From NCBI GenBank assembly GCA_964016885.1, contig OZ024741.1, positions 57,040,001-57,104,000 of the forward strand: a DNA stretch of 64,000 bases, given 5' to 3'. The DNA is from Eledone cirrhosa. Taxonomy: Eukaryota. Below, one piece after another: positions 1-14,722 of this stretch. The position numbers were made by a program, and so were the translations under genes. Position 1 is the stretch's first letter. Each line of letters opens with the position of its first letter. Under the pieces are notes generated by a model. It saw nothing but the letters and a program-made list of their open reading frames with translations, searched no databases and was not told the DNA's origin.

Positions 1-532
1 CTGCTGTTGTTGTTATTGCTATATTTGTTGTTTTTGTTGTTGTTGATGTCATTGTTGCTACTTCTGTTGCTGTTCCTATCGCTGTTATTGTTGTAGGTCA
101 TACCAATTTATATCGACCCCTACTCGTTCAAGTCTCTCATATTTATTTATTTATATTTTTCTTCTTTTCTCTTCTCGTAAAAAACTTCTTTCCGGTTGTT
201 GTCACAAACGAAGGAAAAATCATTCTCTCTCGTCGCTTGTGTTGTTATACATATCGTGTCTACCTCACATCACATGTCTTACTAACCTGTCTGCCAACAA
301 AGAAAGCATCAAAAACATTTGCCAGGAATTCCTACATAACCAAAAACAAAAAGATAAACAAATTAATCAAAAGGAAAAAAAAAGGCTTTTATGTTCAAAG
401 ATCATGTGAAGATTTACGTTTTTGGAAAGCTTTCAAATCTGCCAGGGAATCGGATCAAGAATGGAGGAAATCGTAAATGTAGCTGTCATATCGGTTTTAC
501 AATACAGAATAAACTGATATTTTGATTATGTA

Positions 533-563
<31 letters not shown>

Positions 564-564
564 G

Positions 565-735
565 ATTCTTATATAGGCACAAGGCCAGCAATTATTCCAG
601 TGTATTACTGGTATTTTTTTATCGACCCCGTAAGGATGAAAGGCAAAGTTAGCCTCGGCGGGATTTGAACTCAGATCGTAAAGGGCCGCAACTCTTTGCT
701 GCAAAGCATGGCGTACGACCCTCTACCGATACTGA
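565..735 (-). mobile_element. tRNA-derived SINE, family 1 (other copies ~3280-3410+, 20540-20755-, 22880-23095-, 24655-24780-, 25020-25140+, 28195-28360-, 28495-28610+, 28735-28840-, 30080-30470-, 32790-32920-)
   Basis: B box GAGTTCAAATCC on minus; conserved body CTTTGCCTTTCATCC...GGGGTCGATAAAA; (TAA)n tails. Confidence 0.85.
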
Positions 736-879
736 ATAATAATAATAATAATTCTTTATTGGCCACAAAGGTCGACATATGGGGGAAATAGACAGGGACA
801 GTGTGGGTTTACAATGAAATCGAATCGAGTACAAAGAAAGATAACAAAATACATAATAACAATAAAACTCCCCAATAGG

Positions 880-2035
880 GGGGACCACCCAGAGGCGACA
901 CAAGAACCCCAACAATCCTAAACCAACCGACGCTCCATAAGCACACGAGGAGCCCCCCCCCCCCTTTCCAAATCACCCAGCTTGCTGGCACATGGTCAGA
1001 GTAGGCCCATTCACATGGGCCATCTTCGCAATATTCATCGGCATTTTAACAAATGTACTTGGGGGTGGGGAGTACTTCTTTCTCCACCCTCACCTTCCTT
1101 TCCAAGTGGAACTTGAAAAGGTTGATGAGGGTTTGGCCGAAGAGTAAAGGGTCCTTTCAGCCGCATCCACTACATAACCTCTTTCGCTATAGCCACCAAG
1201 AAGAGGAAAACTGCTTATCCTTCCCAGCCAAAAGAAGGCGACGGATCGATTTTCACGACGGACTCAGTCAATAGCCAAATCCGTCCAACACGCAATAATA
1301 GCTGTTCGACAAAATTCCATAAGTCGGACACTGGATGAGTGCATGAATGGTTTCGTCGCTCTGCGCGCATCTCAAACAGGAGTATAATTTATTATATCAG
1401 CATTATCCGACCCATAGAGGGAAGTGAGCGCCTAACAACATTTCAGATGCCAGGCGCCCTATCTCGGTCTTCATTTGACTTACGACTGCAGATCAATCAA
1501 AGAGACGAGCTGCGGAAAGACCTGTCTGACAAACTGCAACCACACCTGTTCACCATTCAGGAATATCTGGAGATGCCGTAGCCTCAATGGGTGTTTACAC
1601 ATCATCAACCAAGACAGTACGAACAGAAATGAGGAGAGATGGCATCTTCGACGGACCGAACGCGCAATCTAGAACAGTTCCGATAGGTGGCCGTTGGTTT
1701 TGACCACCGCGCAAATGCTGCTATGCACTGCAGCGATCCAGCCTCTGAAGACGGGGCCGCATCGGCTGCCTTGAGGACAGCGTCGAGGTATCGATGGTCG
1801 ACAATACTAAAAGCATTCGATTGATTCAAATTGATCAGAGCCTCACCGAAACTAGGTTTACTCCCTACTCTCTCTATGATGTATCTCATGAGGTGGGGGT
1901 TGTCGAGTATGGACCTGGTCTAGATTGCGCACGTCTGCATCCCCCCCTCCTACGAGGCCCTCGACGACAAGCGCCATCCTCGTTGCTAGCACTTTAGCCA
2001 AAATCTTAAACTCTGTGTTTAGCAGAGTTATACAT
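880..2035 (-). mobile_element. L1/Tx1-type LINE ORF2 remnant
   Basis: ITLLNTEFKILAKVLATRM and ALINLNQSNAFSIVDHRYL (RT motifs), frameshifted. Confidence 0.8.
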
Positions 2036-2180
2036 TTCGCGTAGGCACACACACAGACACACACATATATATATAGAGAGATTTTGAGTTTATGTTGGTT
2101 GTATACCAACACCTCAGTATGCAGGCTGGAGCACTCGACGAAGTGCGCAGGTTGGTTTGGTTACTCCGGAGTAGTGTAAA

Positions 2181-2602
2181 ATAAAGTTAAATAAAAGTCA
2201 AATTATTAAAATTTAGCTTCGTTTATTACTGCTATATATATTTCAGTGACAGCCATCTTTGGCTGTGACCTCTTCAGGCAGTTTGAATTAGTATGGTATA
2301 GACAAGTACATATGTTGTTTAGGTGTATAATATTGTCAATACTCTGATATGCCCAGTTCCTTGTTGGGTTGTTAATTCACTGAGGAATTGATATGACTCC
2401 AGTTCCTCAGTGAATTAACAACCCAACAAGGAACTGGGCATATCAGAGTATTGACAATATTATACACCTAAACAACATATGTACTTGTCTATACCATACT
2501 AATTCAAACTGCCTGAAGAGGTCACAGCCAAAGATGGCTGTCACTGAAATATATATAGCAGTAATAAACGAAGCTAAATTTTAATCATTTGACTTTTATT
2601 TA

Positions 2603-2609
<7 letters not shown>
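2181..2609. repeat. Near-perfect fold-back (arms ~210 bp, loop 2391-2399) of an HHR-containing pLTR-like unit, followed by (TA)n
   Basis: 2181-2390 is the reverse complement of 2400-2609 with about 2 mismatches. Confidence 0.92.
2508..2562 (+). ncRNA. Type I hammerhead ribozyme (mirror copy 2228-2282 minus)
   Basis: ACTGC-CTGAAGA-GGTCACAGCC aaagat GGCTGTCACT-GAAA-TATATA-TA-GCAGT. Confidence 0.7.
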
Positions 2610-2677
<68 letters not shown>

Positions 2678-3055
2678 GCATGTGTGTGTGTGTGTTGATT
2701 GATTTATTGATTCATGTTACACACCGAAGATGAATTTGCACAGACACACCCCAACCATTGGCCCACAGAGGGTAGGATGGAGTTTTAGGGCCATTTGACC
2801 GATATTTCCAGAAGCAACGTTTGTGATAGATAAATCGAGAAAAAAGTGACTTCAGATTTAAGAAATGACAACCGGAAAATTGCACAGACAAAAATAGTTT
2901 TAATTATAAGAGTTACATGGTTGGGTTTCTTTCTATTCTTGTCTTTACTAAACTCTAGTTTCCTTATATGAATTTTATTTTTTATTATATATCTCTTAAT
3001 AAATCCATCCCTGTTTGTCTTTATACAGTTATATGGTTATATATGAACCTATATA

Positions 3056-3249
3056 CAGACCTGCCAACCTCTAAAAACCCAAACAGGGAGTACCATGAAA
3101 AAAATGTCCTAAAACGGGGAGAAATGAGGCAAAATGGGAAGAGTTTACGTAATGAAAGCTATACCCATTTTCACAAGAGAAAACATCTTCCAACCACCCC
3201 AAAGTGGGTAGTAGATCTCCCCGTCGGACGGGGAGAGTTGACAGGTTTG
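3056..3249. mobile_element. MITE with TIR CAGACCTGCCAAC (second copy 27286-27465)
   Basis: Two dispersed similar copies with inverted ends ...GTTGACAGGT(T/C)T. Confidence 0.78.
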
Positions 3250-4376
3250 TATATATGCAGCGAAGTGGTAGAGTCGCTAGATCGTAGGATAGAATGCTTT
3301 GCGGTATTCCTTCCGGCTCTGTGGTATCTGAGTTCAAATCTAGCCGAGGTCAATGTTTTCCTTTAGGCCTTTCGAAGTCGAATATTGACAGGTGTACCAG
3401 TCAGGTATTGACACCGACCTTCCCTACCCCACAATCGCTGGAAGAAATCGGCTGTGTTCAATCATAGAGAGGGATGGGTTCTGCCAAGTTTTAAAATGCC
3501 TAAGATACGCACTATAACACTTCGGCGCTTTTATAACTCTATTAGGAGTTCAGGGCGCATCGACATGAACATATAGAAATTTGAATATCTGCGCATTGCT
3601 ATGCATATTTATGGATTTAATTATTTATCTATGTATCTTCGTTTACGTCTATTTTCAAATAATCGCTTTTCTTAATTACTCCTCATTACACATTCACTAT
3701 ACAAATTAGTTTAGTATTTACGTCAGGACCATTTCAATCAATTCAATATTACTTTACAACTTTTACACTAAATCACACCATTACACCGCTTTGAAGTCAA
3801 ACATTCTTTTATAGAAGCCAACTATCTCATAGACATTTAAAATATAATTTGTTTTCATTCCTATCCCAAACAAAGTAAGTTTAGCTAATCTACAAACATT
3901 TTTTATGACATCAATTTTTCTATCATTTCGTACGATCAAATATATTTTATAGCTTCTTTAATTACATTAATTTGAATAATTTTTACTCCTTATCTCTAAA
4001 TCTAAACCTTTTAAATGTTACAAGCATTAAAATCAATTCATTGCTTTAATTCAAATCTGGGCTTTCAAAATTAATCCGATACATCAAACTGCAACAAAAA
4101 CAAAACGATTTTTCCCCTCGCAAATACCAAGCATTAGTTGCTTCCTTTTCTCTAAATAATCAACCTGATTCCTTTGCCTATATTCTGTTGAACTTTATAT
4201 CCTCAACTAGCGTACAGATCTTTCACTAACACGCCATTTATTGGTTATATATTTATCATAATATGGAATTCAACGATTCATTTTTACACTTAATCCCACC
4301 TACGTTTTTTCATACTCCACTGTTTTGATGTCTTTTTTTCCCCTCTCCTTTTTCGTTTTGTACGTTTTAACTATGA

Positions 4377-4484
<108 letters not shown>

Positions 4485-5650
4485 TTGATGTCAGAGGTCG
4501 AATAGTTTACATACCGATTTGAGAATGAAGGCTGTTCGTCCTGCACATTGACCATGGGCTAAGTGGTGTTAGGGCCGTCCGTGCGGGACGCCTGAAGCCA
4601 GTGATTTGAAATTGTCTAAAAAGGTGTTTCTCCTCCATGAAAGTAAAAAGTAAATTCGGTTTTCCTGTTGATGAATATCAAAAGTTGTTGCAACCTGTGG
4701 AGCTTCGCCGGTTATCAAAGCTGGAGTTGCGGCCCGAGGTAAGTTAATGAAGTGCCCAATCAAGAATGCTCCACTGTGTGGATGTTGTTTCCCCCATATT
4801 GGAGCTCTCAGAGGAAACGGGACACGGGGGTGAAGATTTCTTTGTCCCTGCATCTAAAAGAGTGTGTATGCTGGGTAAAGCATCCCTTGAACTGACTGGC
4901 TGTTAGGCCAGTATAGTTCCTCTGGGTACTATCTGATGGTGCGAGAGTTAGAGATACGTCACAGTCATTGACAGGCAGGACTACACAGGGAGGACATTTG
5001 GCAGCTCCTCGGCAGATAGAGGTTAGTACGCGTGTTGATGTTAGTGTGTGTGTGGTGGGGTGGGGTGGGGGTCTGTTATAGCGTGCAGTATTGGAACCGA
5101 TACCATCTAGACAGGAATAGATAAACTTAACGTTACACACACACACACACACAAACACACACAAACACACACACACATATATATATATGTGTGTGTGTGT
5201 TTGTGTATATATATATATGACTGCCATGACTAAATTATAACCATCAACATAGTCAAGGTATGTCAGGCATCAACTTATTTTATCTGATGAGGACGTACTG
5301 TTGAAATAGCTCAGTATCTCTGAAATATGTATAATAAAATATATTTGATCACATGAATGTCTATATTTATTAATATTTTGAAGTAATATATATATATATA
5401 TAGTTCGGAATAACAGAAAACAAAAAACAGAGAAACGCAGGGGTAAATGTTACAAATATTATTAGTTTCACGCTTGGTGAGAGTGGGAGGGGGGTGCGAC
5501 GTTTCGGGCATAAGCCCTTCACACACACACACACACGTGTGTGTGTGTGTGTTAAGTATTCATCAGATTAATACTTAACTATTCCATCTGATGAAACGTT
5601 TCTGTAGGTTAGAAAGTGGAGGATATGTATATATATATATATATATACAC

Positions 5651-5698
<48 letters not shown>

Positions 5699-5783
5699 AA
5701 ATATATGTATATATGTACAATATATATATATATATATATGTATGATATACATACATACATACATACATACATACATACATACA

Positions 5784-5815
<32 letters not shown>

Positions 5816-6158
5816 GGAAATTACAAGTACAATCCATTAATGAAACAGTAAAAATATGTAAAACATTCCAAAAATGTTGCATCTAATAACTGCATATACA
5901 CATGTACAGATACAAAGCATATACACATGCAAACATACAACTCAAAACATCCACATCCACACATACAATAACATCCATATCTACACATCCATACATACAT
6001 ATCTACCTAGTTGATGTTGTGTAAATTCCAATGAGAGAGTCTTGTGTCTATGTTAGAAACCGACTCTCTCTCTATTGGTAAAACTTTGTGAAATTATAAA
6101 ACCAGAAGAACATACATACATACATACATACATCTATGTGTGTGTATAAAAGTATATG

Positions 6159-6205
<47 letters not shown>

Positions 6206-6535
6206 CATTAGTTAGTCAAGAATAGTGCAAAAACTTTCTGACACTTCTCACAAAATTCTATTCTTGTAGGAAACTAATCTCTATCTCTCTCTCTCTCTCT
6301 CTCATATATATGATATATGAGAGAGAGAGTGTGTGACAGAGAGCTACACACATACGTATGCATATAAATATATAAACGTACATAATATATACATTTACAT
6401 GTAAATATATATATATATGTGTGTGGTGTGTATGTGTGTGTGTGTGTATGTATGTATATGTACATACACACACACACATATATATATGTTGGCATATGTA
6501 TGTGCAAATATATAGATATAGATATATGTATATAT

Positions 6536-6566
<31 letters not shown>

Positions 6567-6746
6567 GGAAAGAATAAAACGATATTTCATTTCTCACTCT
6601 TAGTACGGTTGATATTGATACCTAAATATAAGTATGTATACGTACATACATATATGTGTACAGACGTACATATGTACATATATATATATATATATGTGTG
6701 TGTGTGTATGTGTGTGTACATATATTAATATATATATATTAATATA

Positions 6747-6808
<62 letters not shown>

Positions 6809-7258
6809 CATACATACATTCTCAAACGATATATATATAATTGTGTGTGCATGTGTGAGTGTGTCTGTGTATGTGTATGTATACTATTTCGTCACAACAA
6901 TGTGATGCAAAAGCAACTAAAAAAATTATGAAATTCAAATATAAAATAATATAATTTAATTTATATATACATCAAACTATTTGATAAACAGTGGCTGTCA
7001 AAAGTAGTTCCTATATAATCATTGTTAAAACTGCTTAGATCACTATCAGTTAAATTATATTCCAAACTGACATTATATAATTTGCATTATGTTATCTACG
7101 TGTAAGCTCTTTGTATGTAGAATGTGTTGGAGTGAATGCGTATCAATGTGCTTGTGTATATGTATGTGTGTCTATGTATGTATGTGTGTCTGTGTGTGTG
7201 CGTGCATTTGCAATTGTATGGGTGCATTCGTGTCGGTTTGCTTATACGTGTGCTTGTA

Positions 7259-7305
<47 letters not shown>

Positions 7306-7544
7306 ACATACATATACATATATTTACATATACATATATATATATGCGTGTGTGTGTGTGCGCGCGCGCGCACGTGCAGGTGTATATATGAGTATATATA
7401 TATCTGTAGGTGGGTGTGCGTCAGTTTGTGTGTGTGTTGTAAAACCATATACCGTAGTGGTTCGAGATTGATTTCTGACTGCGCGTTGTTCGTGAGCTAG
7501 ACGATTTAATTTACGTCGCTTAAGACCGCTCAGCTTGCAAAAAA

Positions 7545-7730
7545 TAGTTATACCAGTAATTCAAGTCGTCAGCCTTGTCTTATTTTATGTCACGCTGAAT
7601 CTCCCTGAGGACTATGTTAAGGGTGCATGTATCTGTGGAATGCTCAGCAACTTACACGTTAATTTCTCGAACAGACAGTTCCCGCTGGAATAACTGGAAC
7701 ACACATCGTCGTAACCGACGGAGGTCCAAC
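7545..7730 (-). mobile_element. SINE family 2 body (relatives 32290-32490 plus, 36180-36445)
   Basis: Reverse-complement similarity to CCGTCGGTT...GAACAGCCTGCTC.TGAAATT.ACGTG at 32296-32470. Confidence 0.6.
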
Positions 7731-7732
7731 AG

Positions 7733-7774
<42 letters not shown>

Positions 7775-9570
7775 GAAATAAATGAATAGCTATGGTTGTC
7801 CTGGATCCACTAGCATTAAACAACTTGTTAAAGCAATAATGATCGGATAACGAAAACAAAGTAAAAACAAAAAAGATAAATAGAATTCTGTGCTGAATAA
7901 ATCACGTGCTATATGTCTTTATCTCTTCATCTCTCTTAACTTTTGAAAATCATGAAACTTGTGAAACCGGTAATGTTATAAACTATTATTGTAAATAAAC
8001 CTTCTTAAAGACTCGAATTACATTTTTAACGAGTATTTTACAGGTTCCACGGAGTACGTATAAATCAATATGTTGGGAGGAAACAGACAGGGCGGAGTAG
8101 AAAAACTTATTTAATTACACATGCTAACTTGTGTTTCATCATCAAGTTACGTCACATGGTAAACGGGAGCTGTTTAGAGCTATTAATTGCTCCAATCACT
8201 CACTCATATTACAACGTTACGCAATGTATCAAAAGAAAATAAATACAATAGTTAGAAGGAAGAGGAAGAATTGGCAAGTTAACTTATGGGCTTCCAGCAA
8301 TTTTTGGTACTACATCAATAAGATATGCCATTGGCTGAGAAATAGTTAATCTAAAGATCAAAGGGAATATTATAAGTGGTGGGAGTGGCTGTTATAGTGA
8401 AAAATAAGTAGGCCAGAAATTCATTAATTTTAGTAGTATCAACATGCCTGTTATAGGTAAAGTAGAAGTTGAAATAGTGGAATTGGCACCATTCGTCTAT
8501 GTAATAAAACCAGCCATTTGAAATAGAGAAAATTAGAGAAAAATGGAAGTGGAGCAATAAGCTAGCTGGGATTATAATTCAAAAACGTTTTTAGGTATTT
8601 GTGCTAACAACTAGATATCATATCCTGTCTAGAATTTGGTAAGTTCTTTCCTGTCAAAATTCCTACTGCTTCCATCGCACAAAGATCACATTCCTTTCTT
8701 TCATGTCGATAGGGGAGGGGGGCGAATCGTAGAATTGACCACGACAGTTTATATTCTATTTTTTTCTTTTTTCACTTTTTAAATTCCCAAATTTTTTAAA
8801 TTCCATAGTTTTCGAAGCACCGGGTTTTTAAACGAATGGATGTGCACATACCATCTTTTCTTTAAAAAGTTGGATGTAAACCCGCATATCTAAATATACC
8901 ATGGCTCGTGGTAATTACGCAATGGCACACGATGATGTCACTCATGTATTTACCCGATAGGAGCAACTATCGGGTATTCTACAGTTACAATGTACTAGTG
9001 CATGTCAATTAAAATCCGTATTTATTATCTGTTACATAAATCTATAAACTCTACCTATAAACACATCACATATACACCCAGAAGAGGGTGCTAAACTTCT
9101 TTGAGTTTAAATTTGGCGTGAGAAGGGCTGCACTTGTTGGATATCAAAACTGCCCCCGACTGGGCCGTAAGTATTGAAAAATAAGAAGAAAAAAATAATT
9201 AAATTTACCAGCCTACTTTTTACCCTTGTAAATCGAAACATGACTTTTTAGTCCAGCGAGCTACGTCCACCACCTAATACTAACAAGCTGTATCACCCAC
9301 CTCTTGCTTCCTCCTTGCCATCGTTTATACATGATATGCTCGCTTATAGCCGAACTGCCGATATCGTGTTCCACAGTATGGCGAGTATATTGGATGACAT
9401 CACATCAAATAATTGTTACACAACCACTTTCATGTCTTTGAAATGTACATAAGATGACGTTATGATTCCATATATGTATTGCCTTAAGACACCCACTTCG
9501 TGGGGGGTGCTTACATCTGATTGCACAAAAGTCGGTCGATTGCTTGATCAACCAGCACTTTACTTGGAAT

Positions 9571-9700
<130 letters not shown>

Positions 9701-10401
9701 TCATATATCATCTAACTCCATGGATTTCAAACAAGATTAGATATCTTATGCGTTTGCAAAGAGTAACGTTGGTGGATAATTGTACTGAAATAGAGTTCCA
9801 TCAGGCCGATCAATCACTTCTTCATCTTCGAAAGACTGTCTTTTCCTTGCGTAGGTTTGTTAGTGGGGAAGATGGAGGAGAAAATAAACGCGTTGGAAGA
9901 GAAATAAAATATCTATCATTTTGAACGCATACACTTACGAAACATAGAAATTCAGACCTAGTCATCACACACACATACATTCAGGCGTCCTCCCCTCACA
10001 CACGCACACACAACACATATACACGCACACATAACACATATACACTAACACACTCTATTTATCTCACATTCCCAAATATACATACATCTACATATGCGCA
10101 AGCACATAGACGCAAAATTGTTACCGCTTTTCTGCACCTAGAAATGTGCAGCCAACAGTATTGCATACGTAAGCATATGTGTGTAGGTTGAGAAGTGAAA
10201 TAAAGCAAATAATTAGTGATAAATAAGAATTTTAGTTATCTGCTTTGTAAGCAATCAACTTAGCTACTCACATGAGCAATGGGCGTTTTGGATTCATTTG
10301 TTCTCGCTAATAACGTTTACATTTATCTCTAGACATTCTCTTTAACTGTAGTTAGGTCTTCTTGAGTAGAAAAGGAATGAAAAAATTAATTTGGCCAAAG
10401 G

Positions 10402-12228
10402 CAAATAGGAGTATAGGATGCATGCCACAAATAGGAGTATAGGATGCATGCCACAAATAGGAGTATAGGATGCATGCCACAAATAGGAGTATAGGATGCA
10501 TGCCACAAATAGGAGTATAGGATGCTTGCCACAAATAGGAGTATAGGATGCATGCCACAAATAGGAGTATAGGATGCATGCCACAAATAGGAGTATAGGA
10601 TGCTTGCCACAAATAGGAGTATAGGATGCATGCCACAAATAGGAGTATAGGATGCATGCCACAAATAGGAGTATAGGATGCATGCCACAAATAGGAGTAT
10701 AGGATGCTTGCCACAAATAGGAGTATAGGATGCATGCCACAAATAGGAGTATAGGATGCATGCCACAAATAGGAGTATAGGATGCTTGCCACAAATAGGA
10801 GTATAGGATACTTGCCACAAATAGGAGTATAGGATGCATGCCACAAATAGGAGTATAGGATGCTTGCCACAAATAGGAGTATAGGATGCATGCCACAAAT
10901 AGGAGTATAGGATGCTTGCCACAAATAGGAGTATATGATGCATGCCACAAATAGGAGTATAGGATGCATGCCACAAATAGGAGTATAGGATGCTTGCCAC
11001 AAATAGGAGTATAGGATACTTGCCACAAATAGGAGTATAGGATGCATGCCACAAATAGGAGTATAGGATGCTTGCCACAAATAGGAGTATAGGATGCATG
11101 CCACAAATAGGAGTATAGGATGCATGCCACAAATAGGAGTATAGGATGCATGCCACAAATAGGAGTATAGGATACTTGCCACAAATAGGAGTATAGGATG
11201 CATGCCACAAATAGGAGTATAGGATGCATGCCACAAATAGGAGTATAGGATGCATGCCACAAATAGGAGTATAGGATGCTTGCCACAAATAGGAGTATAG
11301 GATGCATGCCACAAATAGGAGTATAGGATGCTTTCCACAAATAGGAGTATAGGATGCTTGCCACAAATAGGAGTATAGGATACTTGCCACAAATAGGAGT
11401 ATAGGATGCATGCCACAAATAGGAGTATAGGATGCTTGCCACAAATAGGAGTATAGGATGCATGCCACAAATAGGAGTATAGGATGCTTGCCACAAATAG
11501 GAGTATAGGATGCATGCCACAAATAGGAGTATAGGATGCATGCCACAAATAGGAGTATAGGATGCTTGCCACAAATAGGAGTATAGGATACTTGCCACAA
11601 ATAGGAGTATAGGATGCATGCCACAAATAGGAGTATAGGATGCTTGCCACAAATAGGAGTATAGGATGCATGCCACAAATAGGAGTATAGGATGCATGCC
11701 ACAAATAGGAGTATAGGATGCATGCCACAAATAGGAGTATAGGATACTTGCCACAAATAGGAGTATAGGATGCATGCCACAAATAGGAGTATAGGATGCA
11801 TGCCACAAATAGGAGTATAGGATGCATGCCACAAATAGGAGTATAGGATGCTTGCCACAAATAGGAGTATAGGATGCATGCCACAAATAGGAGTATAGGA
11901 TGCTTTCCACAAATAGGAGTATAGGATGCTTGCCACAAATAGGAGTATAGGATGCATGCCACAAATAGGAGTATAGGATACTTGCCACAAATAGGAGTAT
12001 AGGAGTATAGGATGCTTGCCACAAATAGGAGTATAGGATACTTGCCGCAACTAGGACTATAGGATACTTGCCACAGATAGGAGTATAGGATGCTTGCCAC
12101 AAATAGGAGTATAGGATGCTTTCCACAAATAGGAGTATAGGATACTTGCCGCAACTAGGACTATAGGATACTTGCCACAAATAGGAGTATAGGATACTTG
12201 CCGCAACTAGGACTATAGGATACTTGCC
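10402..12228. repeat. 26-bp minisatellite, ~70 units, GCCACAAATAGGAGTATAGGAT(GCAT/GCTT/ACTT)
   Basis: Directly visible; the 26-aa periodic ORFs in three minus frames are a by-product. Confidence 0.97.
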
Positions 12229-13099
12229 GTTTTACCAAGCCATATGGGTAATACAAATATACACATACACCGACAACACACGCACATATATACGTTCATG
12301 TATATATTTATATACATATAGATACGTATTCTCCGGGTTTTATATTGATTTTCTGGGGATATGTTGATGATACCTGATCGCATTAAAATTGAAACGTGCG
12401 TAGAAGTTAATAAAATGATTTCAAGTATCATCTTAGGCTTTTCAATTTAATTAGAATATGTATGTATATATGTATGTTATGTATGTGTATATGCATGGGT
12501 GCATGTGTATGTATATGCGCGGGGATATGGAAATAGTCGGGCTGGACACCCGATCGCGCGGTTAAACCGCTGGGAGTGAAGGACCCCTAGCCTTTGTCAG
12601 GGCATTCTCCTAGGACAAAGGTTCTCAACAGGGGCATATGACCCCCTGGGAGCATTTCGGAGCTCCAGGAGGACGTTTGGAGCTTTGGGGGACGATAGGG
12701 GGCGCTGGAAGGCTCTTTACTTTGGTAACTTTTATAAGCCATATCTGTACGTCTCTGAGACAGCCAGTGTGAATGCATTTGAATGAGCATGCAGACAGCA
12801 TAACTATGATCTGAACGCAGCTGCGAGCAGGTGTGCACGCGTGTCTAGACATTAGTTGGCAATTGACATTCTAAAAACAGAAAAACCTACAGTCAACTGG
12901 GTCAAGGACACTTTGAGCACAGCCAGTTAGAATCTTGTCTCTCCTTCACAGATAATAATATATTTCATGTCTGAAATTATTGATTCAACCGCAACGAATT
13001 AACACTATGCAGATCTATTATATTCCCAATTGTATGAATAATATTACAAATAAAAAAGAAAAGGAAAAGGAAAACAGAAAAGAAAAAACACAGAAGCGG

Positions 13100-13697
13100 G
13101 TATCACACACAGATCTAGGACCACATACAGCACATAAGCAGGTAATACATACATCTAGGACCATATACAACACACAAGCAGGTAATACATACATCTAGGA
13201 CTATATGCAACACACAGGTAGGTAATACACATATCTAGAACCACATACAACACACTAGCAGGTAATACATACATCTAGGACCATATACAACACACAAGCA
13301 GGTAATACATACATCTAGGACTATATACAACACACAGGTAGGTAATACACACATCTAGGACGACATACAAGACACAGGCAGGTAATATATACATCTAGGA
13401 CCGCATAGAACACATAAGCAGGTAATACATACATCTAGGACCACATACAACACATCAGCAGGTAATACATACAGCTGGGACCACATGCAATACATAAGCA
13501 AGTAGCATACACATCTGGGACCACATACAACACACAGGCAGGTAATACATACATCTAGGACCACATACAACACATCAGCAGGTAATACATACAGCTGGGA
13601 CCACATGCAATACATAAGCAAGTAGCATACACATCTGGGACCACATACAACACACAGGCAGGTAATACATACATCTAGGACCACATACAACACATAT
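13100..13697. repeat. 40-bp minisatellite (~15 units, 120-bp trimer periodicity) inside the hAT element
   Basis: CAGGTAATACATACATCTAGGACCACATACAACACA-like units; 13441-13560 is identical to 13561-13680. Confidence 0.92.
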
Positions 13698-13699
13698 TG

Positions 13700-14722
13700 T
13701 ATCATGTGCCTCGGACGGCGCAAGAGCAATGGTCGGCCAACATAAGGGTCTCGTCACTCTTCTGAAGAGAGAAAATCCATCTGTATTTGCTGTTCATCGA
13801 CATTTGGCTGCGAAGAAACTCAGCGAGCCGCTGAGCAAATCCTTGCAGGTGGCCATTGATGTCATCAATTTTATCAAACGTCATGTCCTCAATGAACGAA
13901 ATTTCCGGCAACTGTGCCAAGATAATGACGAAGAATTCGTCGAGCTGCTCCTTCATACTGAAGTGAGGTGACTTTCAAAGGGCAAGTGCCTTACTCACTT
14001 GTTTGAATTGTTCAACTCTATCATTGAGTTTCTTCGAGGATGCAACACAGAACTGTACAAGAAAACTCTGGATGTGAGGCAAGACTGCGCCTATCTCACC
14101 AACATCTTCGACAAATGCAATAGCTCATTATGGCTTTGCAGGGGGAGAGGATCCCCTTGCTTAAAGCAAGGAATGCTGTGAAAACATTCCTGGCTAATTG
14201 AAAGGAATCTTTGTTGACGGGAATTCTATAATTTTCCTAGTGTCGCCAATGTTCAAAATATTGTGAACGATGACCAACTCTAAATTTATACCACTCACCT
14301 CCGTGCGCTACAAGACAACATGAGAGAATGGTTTGTCGACCTTTTGCAGATGGATATCCCAATGTGGATAGCAGATCCCTTGACAGCTAACATCGACGAT
14401 TTGGACATTAAATTTCAGGAAGAATTCATTGAACATCAAACAGTTGACATGATCAAAATTAGATTTTCCCAAATAGGTGACTCTCTTTTTTGGGATGCAA
14501 GAGGAAATTCAGCGTCGATTTCCACTCCTACATGCAGAGGCTAAGAGATTTGCTCTACATTTTCCAAGCTCATACTTAGTCGAGAGGGAGTTTGGTGCTG
14601 TTTCCAGACTGCACAGTAAGGCTCGCTACCGCTACAATGTAATTACACGTGGAGATCTCCGGCTACGTCTTATGAAAATTCATCCTGACATCAAAGAGTT
14701 AGCTAGACTCCATGAAGCTTAA
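13700..14722 (+). pseudogene. hAT transposase remnant (ZBED5/SCAND3/Buster-like)
   Basis: DGARAMVG, HLAAK, INFIK, LLLHTEVR*LSKG, FPSSYLVEREF, RGDLRLRL; stops and frameshifts. Confidence 0.88.

Noticed and set aside
640-735. tRNA genes at GTTCAAATCC B boxes
   Set aside because: They are heads of multi-copy SINEs; no full cloverleaf.
5284-5520. Extra HHR-like strings (5284-5312 plus, 5497-5520 minus; also 16495-16530 and 45135-45240 minus)
   Set aside because: Stem I or core is incomplete or truncated; probably pLTR relics but not supportable as ribozymes.
10342-12180. 554-612 aa ORFs in three minus frames; possible CRISPR array
   Set aside because: The ORFs are translations of a stop-free 26-bp tandem repeat. 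There are no unique spacers or cas genes, and the context is eukaryotic.
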